This document shows, piece by piece, positions 38,755-51,700 of a DNA stretch of 64,000 bases. Within the stretch, counting starts at the first letter, position 1; each line of letters starts with the position of its first letter. The translations under genes were made by a program, and so were the position numbers. The stretch comes from Tubulanus polymorphus (taxonomy: Eukaryota; Animalia; Nemertea): contig NC_134029.1 in NCBI RefSeq assembly GCF_964204645.1, positions 7,776,850-7,840,849 of the forward strand. Direction: 5' to 3'. The notes under the pieces are model-generated. The model ran no database searches and had not been told where the DNA came from. It saw only the letters and a list, made by a program, of their open reading frames with translations.

Positions 38755-41700
38755 GTCTAAATTCATTCAGAAGTATTATTGTAAATTGTCGGCATATAGT
38801 CGAAAAATGGCACGTATTTTTCAAGATGCGTATAATTCCTTGTGATTAAAATCTGGCCGAGAATGGTAGCGTTAGAAAATCTCGTGTAAGATTATCTGAA
38901 TCGTCAGTTTGAATGTACGCGACGGCGTGTCTGTGAAATCAAACACCGTGGGAATTTTCGATAGACGTTACAAAAAACACTGGTTAAGAGAAGCTATTGA
39001 AAATCATTGATCGAATGGGGAGCGTAAAAGTAGCTGACGACAAAACGAGCAAGAAAGACACTTTGATTCTGTGACGGAGAACGGAAAGCTTATCAGCGAC
39101 CAGCTGTGAATACGTCATTTTTGATCTATTCGTGCAAAATAGATCAGAAATTCATCTGACGATCGAATCATCACACACACGGCGTGCCCCGTCGCCTTCG
39201 CCGCCATGCCGCCGATTTCTTGACTTGAATAAAATACTTTCACAGTCACTTGAGGCTTATTACTTCGCAATCTTAGCGCGTATGCGGCGTCGTTATGAAT
39301 CCATTCTCGACTAATCATAGTCAGGTATGTGCGCAACCGGTTTAAGCCGGCACTTTCGCCGACGAAAGATTCGAACGACTCACTGGCGCTTAATGGATGG
39401 AACCGGTTCGACCCGCCGCCATAATGTACACTATACATTCGGCAAATTGAGCACAAAATTCAATCTTTTCTGGCTGTATTGGCGTTAATACCGATTGAAT
39501 GGAGCCATTCTAATGGAATGAATTCATATTCAGATATACATGATGCAATTACTCCGGCAATCGGGTCGTAATTTATTTTTCATATTGGACACGGGGCTAT
39601 CTGAGAGCCACACGGTTGCCTGATACATCCCCTGTATCAATAATTGTTCTACTATTAACAGACATGCGTTCGGCTATTCGTGTAGAGGTCTCCGTATTGC
39701 GGTTTATTGGATTATAAACGGAATGGCGAAACGCTGCAATTATGTCTTTAAAAAGGCAGCCGAGTAGAAACGACCCCATAATCCATCTCCATGACGCGGC
39801 AAAACAACGAGAACTATTAAGATTGATCCGAGTTGCATTTTTTTCGTTCATAACATCAAGAGTAACGAAACTAAACACAAGATTAGCATTACAAACGGCC
39901 CTATGGTTACAAACGACGTTTGAATATTCTGAATGTTGCAAAAACTCTAACCTGGGGCTTACCTCAACTTATTTCCAATGCAGTTAACCGATTGGTTTAA
40001 GCTGATACCAGTCTATAAAACCAGCCCCAGCAGTATAAAGCCTTGCGCTATCTAGTGTCTTAGCATTTCGCCTTTTCAGTCCCTCTTTCAATCTTTTAAT
40101 GGAACATGCGAAAAAAAACTATGGCAGCGACTGTTGTTGACTGAGAATTGCCCAATACTACATTAGCGCCGTCTCTCGGCCAACAGATAACTGGCTTTGC
40201 CCCGTTGACCTGGTCTTCTTAGCTGTTGGATCCTTTCCTAAGACCTGTTTGTAGAATGGTTTGAATCATCAATTGCTTTGATTTCTAGATTCGATCCCCC
40301 GCAAGTCCCTAGAAGTTTATTCGTGTCTGAGAAAGGTTCTGGACTTGTTGCTTATCATGATCCAGTTCAGACTACTTATAATCAGATCTTATCGTATAGA
40401 AAAAAAGTCTCTGCGAAAAGACAGAAATAAAAATCGCAACGCGTAGAGACCTGGGTGAGAGGAAGAATGGTTAGATGTCATTTACGCTAGGAATCCGTAG
40501 CAAAGGCGCTTTAGGAGATAACAAGAGAGAGCGAGAGATAGAGTAGAGAGAAGGAGTAGAGAGAGAGGGAGAGAGAGATTGCCGGCCACGGCAGTGAGAT
40601 ATGAATCATTGATCAATGAGAAAAATACGACTGAAGGAATGTTTATCACGTCCCCGGAATTAAACATTTCTGATCCAACAGTTACACGACGTTCCATTTC
40701 CGCTCGGACGGATGCGACGCGAAAAAAAAACACCAACTCCGCACCGCCATTTGCACGGACTCAGGTGAACGCGATATACAATCGCGGAATTCGTCGCGGT
40801 GTTCACACAGACTAATGAAGCAGGCGCCATTTCTATGTATCATACCTCACCGCCACCGAGCCGTGATTGTGTATACTAGATACACGTGCGCAACGAACAT
40901 TCGAGCCCGTCGAGGTTTACAGACTTACATGCCATACCTTCTTGTCTAATTAAACAATTACGCCGCTGACCATGTGCTTACTCTCGAATCTTCATCTTCC
41001 GGCAACCCTATCCCCGCTGTTAGGGTGCAAAACGAATAGTTCAATAGGATTCTTGTGTAATACGGCCTATTACGGGGCATTCCGGCCTGTTGCACGCGCA
41101 AATATATCCCCTTAGCTCACTAGTATAGGTTTTCGCATTCTTTTTCTTATTTAATCAGTCGCCGCTGATAAGAAACTCGTATTTTCGTTATTCAAAGCGT
41201 CGTATATGCAAATATTATGGGGCCTATTTGCTGGAAACTGATATTCATTCGTCTCGGCTTATACCTCGGCGGCGCGCGAGTTGCTGTTTCAGATTAAGCA
41301 CTGTCGTTGCGCAAACATCTTCGCTACCGCAAACACTGAGATTGGCTGGAATAATTTTTGTTGTTAGGCTGGATACTTTTCATGACGGTGAAGACATGAT
41401 CGGCGAAGTAACCGCGTTCATATTTCCTATATTGCGCGCATCGAAGCCGTCGAAAGAGATAGAGAGACATCAAACAGTCGCATTAGAATTAGAATTAAGC
41501 GATAGCCGGCTGGCAAATATTTAACTTAAAAGAAAATTCATATTTGAATTGGAAATTAAATTTACAATTTATAATTAAACGTCGATAAGTAAACCTATTG
41601 AAAAATATAAAACACCGCGTTCGGGCGTGTTTGAATCGAGGCGATGTCAAATACATCAGGGAGTTCTTGAAAATCCGTCTGCTTATAGCTTCGCTTCTAA

Positions 41701-42094
41701 TTATCTTTGTCTGCAGGAATCAGCGCGTCCGCGTAGATTGAAACGATAAAGTTTCATTCATCGTAATTGCCGAGAAAGGACTCTTCCCACGAAATGAGAA
41801 GTTCAAGAAATATGCGCTCTCACGAATATTCCTTGATTAGAATCCGTAACGTCGCGTATACTAACCTTTTAAGGAGTCGAAACACTTTCTATTGGAAGGC
41901 GCAAAACGTGATTCGATGCACAAGACAAATGATCGAATTACCACGATGGTTCATCTTGAAAGTCGAAACGTGATTCGACACACAAGACAAATGAGCGAAT
42001 TGCCTGGTTTGAAAATTAGTGATTATCATAGCATCTCAGTACACTCGACCACAGCCAAAATAAACTCGAGCAGCCAACCACTAGAGCTGTTTTA

Positions 42095-42378
42095 ATGTGT
42101 CGCCGTAAAACCGTTAGAATCATGTTTATACACATTGATACCTACTCGGCGTTATATAAGGGGTCCTGTGTGAGTCGATGTGCACTACGTCATCAATATT
42201 GGCGTTTCATAATAACTATTTTACGATATTGCCAATTTTGGCGTTTATTTTGTAATGAAATGTATTTCATAACTCTTATTTTGGGTTTGAAAGATTCTAA
42301 TAATCATTTCTGAGAGGATGTGCACTGCCTCACCAATATACCGGGGCTAGACTGGTTGCCGGTCAATTCAATTCAAAT
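42095..42378 (-). repeat. Dispersed repeat family, inverted copy
   Basis: GTGAGTCGATGTGCACTACGTCATCAATAT and GGGGCTAGACTGGTTGCCGGTCAATT are reverse complements of blocks at 37.5-37.7 kb and 48.1 kb. Confidence 0.8.
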
Positions 42379-42752
42379 CCAATATAACTTAATTGATCCT
42401 TAATGTTATGTAATTTATATTATATTACATTATATATTGTCGACGATATTTTGCAATATGTGTTATTTTTCAAGGCGTCAGTAAACTGTTAAGTATAGTT
42501 TTTTTGTTATCATAAGTATATGTATTATGCCCAATCAGTTTTCGCACATCAACATTGCATATCAGTACTATATTGTCATACAGCATGTACAGGTCTGATA
42601 AGCCATTCTGGGCTGGAAGTAACTAACAAATCCAGGTAGCGCTTTGAGCTAGCTCTAATTCTACTCAATGCAATTATTTTAACAGGGAGAAAAGGCACGA
42701 GTGCGGAAGAAAACATTATAGACTGAGTATTGGATTGTTTGACTGTCGAAGC

Positions 42753-42890
42753 CACAGGGACTTGACACAAAAGGATTTTGACCCAAGTATCCTAGGTACT
42801 AGGCCTATATAAAAAGACTTTTTTTAAAGTCGTTTTATATATAGTACCTAGGGTACTGTGGTCAAAATCCTTTTGTGTCAAGTCCCTGTG
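42753..42890. mobile_element. 138-bp fold-back MITE with 8-bp TSD (P- or hAT-type)
   Basis: Perfect ~31-bp TIR CACAGGGACTTGACACAAAAGGATTTTGACC. GTCGAAGC is duplicated at 42745-42752 and 42891-42898. Confidence 0.9.
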
Positions 42891-45590
42891 GTCGAAGCCA
42901 ATATCTCGGAAAACAAGTCAATTGAAAATATCACGGGGATAAAGAAACTTCTAATATCTTAGTATGTAAATCATTAATCGAGTTTGACCGCCAATAAGCC
43001 GGCACCGCACATGGAAAAAGCACACGGGTCAATAGGAACACAAGTGGTTTATATTTCATCAGGTCTAAGAAGACCGGCTTATGGGTGTGATTGTGCACCA
43101 AATTGCCAGTAAATCATTTTAGCAGTGAATCGGCGATAACCGGCTCGCTATCATAGTCTCCGTAACGAATTAATCAGTCTATATATTCGACTATCAGGAA
43201 ATAACTGATTAATCCATGTGATTACCAGTAACAACTTCGTATATACAAGTGTTAAGTTTATATAGGTGCAGCCAGCCCACAGCACACAGCGGTCTTACAT
43301 GGGGAAACTCATCAATAGCCGGCAATGCGAGGCACCTACCTGCGCCTAAACACACATGAACCGATACGGCGTGTAATTACGATTGAAAGGTAGTATTGAG
43401 ATTCCATATGATAAACCACCGACATTAAAACTATTCGATAACAAGCTCATTAGGTAGTTGTTATTATCAGAAATCATTGGCAAATTGCAACGACGTTGTC
43501 GAAACGTCTCGGTTTCGTAAAGCTCACTCAATCATGTAGATCGCATGAACTCGGACATGACTGCTGAGATGGATATTCTACTCATCTGTGGAATCGAAGA
43601 ATTTGATTAGATAGTACGTATCTAAATCACAAGTTCACGTAGAAGAGCATCATTAGCTTAGTCGTCTAATGATTGCAGAAAAAATCTGAATGCGTTAGGC
43701 CCTATAGGTTCGACTAATTTTCAGATCGTAGGGAATCAGATCCGGGAACAAGTTCCACCAGTTAAATAAAATGACACCTTGTTTCTCCTAGTCGGCCGGG
43801 TCACTTTTCACTCAGTTAATTTCTATCGTTGCCGAGTTATGGTTTGGCGGCCGGCCAGGTCAACCTTTAAGCAGAAATGAGGAACAAGGTATTAATGTTT
43901 TTAGCCTTAGTGTGAAATTTAACCATGGACTCTAAAACTAGATTTCGTTTTAGAGTCCATGATTTACCCATAGAACTGTGCAACCGACTCACTGTGTAAA
44001 TTGCCAATCAATCCAGACGTGGAAATTCAGGGTAATTCGTTTTGTGAAAGATAAATGTTATGAACTTCCGTCGTGCACTGATGAATCGCGGCTGACTCGC
44101 GGTGATTTTCAAGCTATTCTCGAATTCTGGTTGCCCGTCGAGGTCTTTTTGTCAACAACTCATTAATCAACCCCGATTATCAGCAACACATTATCATATG
44201 TTGATCACGATTGTCAGTGGCCAAATGAAAACCGACAAACACGATGAATGAATGAGCTTCTCTATTTCAGAAATTGTCACCCGTAATATATTCTTCGGTT
44301 GCTAGGCTGCCGCCTGGTATCCGCTCGTTGTCTGCGAGACTCCCGACATTATTCGGACGCTTCGGAAGAGGATTATTTTTCGAGCACTTGTTCTACTTCT
44401 TCGACCAGAGAAGCACCTGAACGCATCTTATATCTGACCTTTGTTCTTTAACAGCGACCGCTCTGAGTTGCAGACGATCGCTCGTTATATATTCCGGGCG
44501 CATTCTTGAAGGACCATCGATCAAAGGCGCGACTAATGGCCGCGATGTGGGTGAACTAATCTTAGCGACAAATTTACAAATTGGATTGTCTAATACGGTA
44601 TAAGGCACCAAAATGCCCCGTCGCTTCATTTATTTATAATTGACCTTAGACTAGTTGAATACGTGTACTTGCATTTAAATGCCTATCGACCAACTATATT
44701 TCGTGTACTTGTTACTATATGACCGGTACAGTAGGCCTCGCCTAACTCTGTGACAAACCGGGACTGGAATGATATTGTTCTGAGAAAAGGATAAGGAAAT
44801 TACGTTAGGAAGTCAGAAGAATGATTACGTTTTAGTCCGAGTAAGTTAAAGAGTAGGCCATGTTCGAGTGATGCGAGGTTAACTGTAAATAGAACCATGT
44901 TCTTGATTTTTCATTCTCGATCTATTATATCACATAAAGCAGGCTCTGCAACCAGTATATTAGAATTCGTGCCGCGGAACCCCGGTTAAATCAAATCTAA
45001 CGAGCGTGAAATTTAAAGGATTCACGGAATCGTTGATCAATGAAAACCTCGGAGAATAGTTTTACTGCTGCAACTCTAACGAAGAAAAGCCCCGGGTGAT
45101 GTCGACAAATTAAGCTACGTGTCAACGATGACGCTATAGCTCAACGCGACGTCACTGCTCAAGTCGATGCAAACATCACCTCATAAATTAGCCCCGGTAG
45201 ATTTCAGTGTCGGAGACAAAGTATAACAGATACCGTGGACCCTTTCGGAAAAGACGATTGACACATACAGAAATCCCACGTGGCATCATTAAATTGCTTC
45301 AAGCGATTTGATTCACTGACAATTAGCACAGGTAGAAAACAGAAAACTAAGCTGTATTCAATTTGATGTCACCGTGGTAATTCAAATGTCAATGTTGGAG
45401 CAACCGTCTTTGGTGGAGAGGGTGTAAATGTATTACAAGTTCACTAGCGACGAATGTTGCAGGTAACTTATGTGTTTCGTCTGTAGACAAATTCGTAGAG
45501 GCATTTGTCGCGGTCAACAAAGTACAGAAGAAGTTCTCAAATAAACACACAAAATATTGAGTTGAGCAAGTTTTGTCTGTTTTCACCTAC

Positions 45591-45754
45591 CTGTTCTAAA
45601 GTTAATGACTAGATCTAGTAGAAATACTGTATCCGAAACGCAGTTGAATACTATCCAATGGAGGCTGAGGTCATCGTTGAAGAATGAGATGGCGACTGGC
45701 AGAATGATAAGATTCGCTATGAGTAAAATCAACATGAATAAATCCCAATAAAAC
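45591..45754 (-). CDS. HCN: HCN exon: S1-S2
   Basis: tttcag|G TTT TAT TGG ... ACA G|gtagg. Reads [54 protein letters not shown]. Not in the frame shown in the ORF track. Confidence 0.93.
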
Positions 45755-48700
45755 CTGAAATGAGCAAAAACGAGAACTAAATAGTATTATAATCGTTAAA
45801 ACACGAAGTTCGTCATGAATCTTAGAAATGGACCCTATTGAATATAGTTGCGCGTTGGTTCGTGAGTCGAAATAAGTCTTAAATTCAAAATCTTCAACTC
45901 TACAGTTGAATTTGAACCCAAAACTGTGGAAGCTGCTCCGAGATTCGGAAACCGTTTTCACCAAAACTCAACAAAATGTAGCTGCAGAGCAGCGATAAAG
46001 AGTTTCTGCTAATTGGCTGAAGTTAGTATGTACGCTCTAATTAATTTCTAAATAATTGTAGACTTTTAGAAAATATGAATCTAGACACTAACTTTGGAAA
46101 TGATAAGTTCAAGTATAACTCACATAAAGTCATTTTACTGTAGTGCCCCCTAGTAGAAGGGATAACTAATCGTATTGGGCATTGAGTGTTATTCGATAAA
46201 AGCACCAGTTTACCAAGTTCCATCGTAATACTGTCTTGTTTTATATTTCCTCGGCAACTGTTCCATATGATAATTCGAGACTGATTTGGGGCGGTAATAA
46301 GCAAGTGCTTTCAATAAACCTTTTAGTTCAATGAAGGTTGTGGGATTTTACGTTTTATTATCGGCCTACTACATCGTCGGATATTGCGATTTCGAGTGAT
46401 TCGAGTATGAGAACTATTGGCACGATGCCCGCGCGTTTAAACCGCATATTAATGTGAACTTTTTGCGATGCAGCCGATGATAAGAAAGAAGAAACTTTCA
46501 ATTCAAACCTCGTTTCCCGCGGTAGAGTTAAATATACACTACCCTAGATACTATCCCGTAAGTGTGGAATGTACTACAGTCTACTGTCGAACAAGTGAAC
46601 AACTTCAAAAAATGCCAAGAATTACATCTCTTCAATGATAGTTTTATGCGAGATCCCCGCCGAGATTAAGTGCGCTTTAACCTATAACGCTTTACTGCAC
46701 TTAACTGAATAAAAACAGTATCGACGCAAGATTCCTCGATTTCGAATTCACCAATTGCCTCAATACCCGTCGCTTTCGATTTAGATAATAAGGTAACGAA
46801 TAGTCCGGACACGTGAATGCCGATCAGAACCGTGATTAAAAAAGTCGATGGTTCTTGAAAATTTTAATCAAATCAGCTTCTAACGAATGTGTATGATGGA
46901 AATTTAATAATAACGACTGCGCTTATATTACGTGCAAACACTTGCCGGGCTCGGTTTCGCTTTGAAGTCTTTCATATCGATATTTCCTCGATAAACTAAT
47001 GAAGATAAAACGAGGCAAAACTCACAGACAAGCCTCGGCGAATCGTGAAAATACTATAACCAGTTTAAACATGCCGATATACCGGCTTCGTCAGAAGTTT
47101 TTGAAACTGAAAATTATTAGAATATCCTCGTCTCTTTCTATACCCCTCTTCAAAGTAGATTCTCTCGCAAGAAATAGATGATAGATAGCTATTTTATATT
47201 AATACGCACACAGCGCATTCCATCGTATTCGATATTACCGGTATTTTGTTATTTTGCGTGAACTAAGCAAGGAATAGTCTGCCAGTGGCAATTCAACGTC
47301 AAGAACTAAACCTCATACGGCTGATTAGACAAGGCCAGGGGTGGCACGGCGATTCGGAGTGTATTTCTAGTTCATATCACTGGCATCAATGTACACTGGG
47401 TAAATTACCGCGTGCGACTGGCAATTTTCGGAAGAGCTTGTCTCGCTGTTTAAGTGTTATCACAACGTGACTGTGTATTAGTTCGTGTGACGAAGCCCTC
47501 CAGGCGGCACACCGACGACAACCATATCTCACCCTCATAAACCTTTTAACTCTCCGCTTTAGATGTCAGTCCCCTTGGGGATGTGGTCAGTCGATACGCG
47601 GGCCAAATCGTTTGATATTACGACCCGTCGCCCGTAAATGCTTCAATAACACCAACTTTCGCTCGTGGCGAGGACATGCCTTTATTAATTCGCGTCTATT
47701 TATCCCCTAGATCCACAACACCGGCTAAGTCAAGATACTTAATTAATCAAATCAACGCAAATCACTGTACTACGGCAATGCCAACAACTGCAATTTGAGA
47801 TTAGAAAATTGTAGCTGACGTTACATATTGTGTGATCTAGAATTCTGTCGGGATAATAACCACGGACGTATCAACTAGAGAATAAGCCTATATACGTCCA
47901 TGGGATTGGCCTTACTAACAAGAAAACTAATATGAAAGTTTATTGTCGCCTTGAAAAATAACACGAATTGCTTAATATTGTCAACAATAGATAATCTGAT
48001 ATAAACATTTTAGAAGGATCAATAAAGTTAATTTGAAATCGACGATTGCATTTTGAATTCAATTGGCCGATAACCAGTCTAGCCCAAATATTGATGACGT
48101 AGTGCATATTGACTCACACAATATGATCCTAATTCATTATTGATAACGCATGAACATTCCTTAAATGGAAAATAATCGTCATGAAATTTGATAGATATTT
48201 CCAAAAAATGTCAATTATTAGGGTTTTCTGACTTTCGTCGAAAACCCTCTTGAAATTCTGTTGATTATTATTATTATATATTTTCCGCCGATTTCGTCAA
48301 ATAAAATTCATCTTCATTCAGATTCGGCAACTGACAGCTTCGAAACGAAATGTATAAATTGATACTGTAATAACGGTCTCTCTGAACCAACAGATTGTCT
48401 GAATGTACTTTCCATCCTATTTGAAACTTAAAATTACTTATTAGGTTACTGTAAATAAAGAATTGAATTGAATTGTTAGACAACAAGCACTGGCGAAATA
48501 ACAGTTTGTGACGTCATTTAGTAAGTAAATAAAGGAGGGCTCCGAGAATTTCCAAATCACGGGGACTATACTGGGTTAGACCATTCAAACAAAAAAGAGG
48601 ATTGCTCCAATAATATCCAAATCATCTCATTTTATTTTTTCCATCGAATACCTGGTAATTGATTTTTCCTTTTGATCACATGCATCCAGAAAACCCGTTA

Positions 48701-51700
48701 TCGCTGCTTTGCAGCTATATTTGTAAGTGTTATTTTGAAACACAAATATTGATGATGTAGTTCACATCGATACAGTACCCCTATAACACATAGCTACGTA
48801 TCAATATTTTTGTTACGGTCTTAACGGCGTCAAAAAGTTGCGATATGGCAAGATGCTGACAACAATTAGTAACATCAGGATCTGAGATTGGACGTTACTA
48901 CATCGTGTGTTCAGTATAGCCTGTTGGAGACTGCAAAATGTAATGCATTTTAAGTTAAGGAACGCTACATTTGTGTTCTGTGGAATAATAAGTTTAGTGG
49001 TAATGATACACCCATGACCAACAATTCACAGATTAATACGACGCATGACACGAACACCGTTGCACGGCCTTGTTTGACAAACATCGCATTAACTTTGTTA
49101 ATAACAACTTGTCAAGCACCGCGCCGCGTCCATTCCAACGGCATTACCAACTCGGTCGGGATGTAATTCAGTTAATTCCGACTTAAAGAGAGGCGGCACA
49201 CGCCGCGTTACGCCAAAACTGTGGTGCGCATAATCGAATCGAATAGAAACGACCTTGACATTCGACGACGGGATGCCGTCCCGTTCACGACTCGTCTGCG
49301 GCTAAATACATTTGGCTAGTCGACCGAATAATAGATTGATAGAATTCTCTCACAGAGTCGGCGTTGGATGGCGACTAGCTCGCCAGAAAAGATCAGTCGT
49401 TTGGTGAAAGCCAAATGACTTGCGAGATGACGAACAACTAACGGTGAGATAATATCGAATTCTCATCGGATTTATCTCTCAATTTTGTCCCGACGCATAT
49501 AAGACCACAGTTTTGCCGCCGATGGTTTGCGGCGCAGGGACGAAAAGGCCGTCTGTGCATCGATTCGGATTCCAATTTCATTCATACACAGACACCCTCT
49601 TACCAGTTTACGTCTGAGAGTGCGCTTACGTTACAAACATTACTGCCATGAATAGATATTCGTTGGTCGAAACGTTATCGGTTTCGAGATTCCCGTTTTC
49701 CCGGGGAAGATAAGAATAACAGTAGATTAATGCCGGTTAAAAGATATTCACCAACGTGAAATGTAATGAAAGCAATTATGAAGGGAGGTCTTCGCCGAAC
49801 GATTTATATATGTCAAATTAAACGTTACGTCTGCGTCATCGGGGTGATGCATCACATCGATCAGATGCACTAGACCGCCGGCTCTTTCTTCGCATCGTGT
49901 TTCCTTCCCCGCTTCCCGTTCTAGCTCCCTCTCTCCGCCCGAATACCCATCAAACACAATGTAATTCCCCAGCTAGTCGCGGGCAAAGATTGCCGCTGAA
50001 ATAGATTTCCAGTTTCAATTATTCAACTGGAAACCGAATTGATGTCGGGCGAAATCGTGAAACTTAGTGCCAAGTATGATTGTTATTCCGTATTGACAGG
50101 TAATTGATGCCTGCAGGTACTTCTGATGGCATTATTTGGAATCATTACACTGAATATTGATCACCCGTCACCAGATGGCGTTAAGCTGCGAGGGGATAGC
50201 GGAAGTAGATGAAGCAAAGCTTTTCAATGGTCACTCTGTTCATTATTGACAACACTCCAGCCCTTTCTAGAAACAAGTAGCCACAATCATATATGGCTTG
50301 CGGCAAATTTGAAAATAATCAGAATATATCCTGAACATGATTGCTTGAGGAGAGGTTGCTAATTTGAACCTGAGTTCTACTCAAATTGGCCAATCGCCTA
50401 AATATTTTGGCAAACTGACAAAATGTAAAATGCAAATGAGTCTTAATTTGTGAGCACGAAACTAAATCAATGGATTTAATAAAAGTTGATAAGTGCAATA
50501 AAATGAACTGAAATCTTATAGAAATACACGTCGGCTTTTAGCTGCTGTAGCAATCATCAATGTTCAGTAACGTTACATGCAGGAACATAATAACACCGTA
50601 ATTGATTAGACAGGTTATAGCCACTTCACCCACAGTCATCAGCACCCTGCACCAACGCTCTTTAGCTATTGTGCTAGTGGTCGATTATTGCGTTCAAAAA
50701 GAGCTCGCATCTGATCTTGGCAGGGATACGCAATCGTAATGATCAGTTCTAACGACTGAACGTGGACTAATGGCGGTGTGTTCACCGAGACGCGGTTACC
50801 AGTTTCTCCCGTCACTCGCACGCAGTTCCGACCTTTCTAGTGTGACCACCACTTAACACAACCCCGATCGCCAAGGAGGATGGGAAAAAACGTACGCGTA
50901 ATTCAAGCGCGGTATCCGCGGGCATCGTTAGACGTATCCCTTCTTCCCTTCCAGTAGAAAGACCGCGTTCGCGATAAATCCGATGGGATACAAGCAGGGC
51001 TGTCACGGAAACACTTGCGCGATTGCAGACAACGGATAGTTCGCAATATGATCGACACAACAATCCCTTCTACGCCAATCGAAAGACAAAATACATCATC
51101 AAACGAAGTAGGCCTTTTCGACCCATTGCGCTCATGGCAAATTGGTGCATCGCGTAGATAGACTAGCTAGACAGTTTCAGCTGGTTAAAAATATAGATTC
51201 ACCGACAGATCATGTGACCTGTGTCTCCATTATAGATAATCCACAGTAAGCCCTGTCACAGTGATTTTGCGGGTGAAATGGAATGAGTTTTTTATCCCCA
51301 GCAATATTCGCATGACATAGCCTGATCGATTGTATGTGTAAGCGGCACTTATACGAAGTGGTCTGCTCCAAAAGATACCAGCATAGACAGAGCAAAGACT
51401 AGGCATTCTTCCTCTACTCGGGGTACAGTTATTTACGTATCGATACTCAATTGCTCAATACCTGAAATGACCTGACTTCGCGCAGGAGAACATCCATACG
51501 AATGACACGATTTATTCGCAATTACATAAAAAATCTCATCGACGAGTTGTCAGATTGTAGCTATGGAGAGGCAAATATTGACTACTCATCAGGCTGTGTC
51601 TAGGCTGGTGCATTCGGGAGTCGGTAGTGTTGTCGGATCGTAGTTTCTCTTCAGCGTTATCCATTGGCTTGGTGTAAAAAACGGAGAGAAATAAATAAAA

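Larger units (their letters stand above)
16242..45754 (-). other. HCN: HCN (Ih) channel gene, partial: 8 coding exons, 5' exons not found in the window
   Basis: Exons join in frame via GT-AG introns of 16759, 4924, 3711, 389, 1510, 423 and 83 bp, giving S1-S6, the CIGYG pore, the C-linker and the CNBD. Confidence 0.95.
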
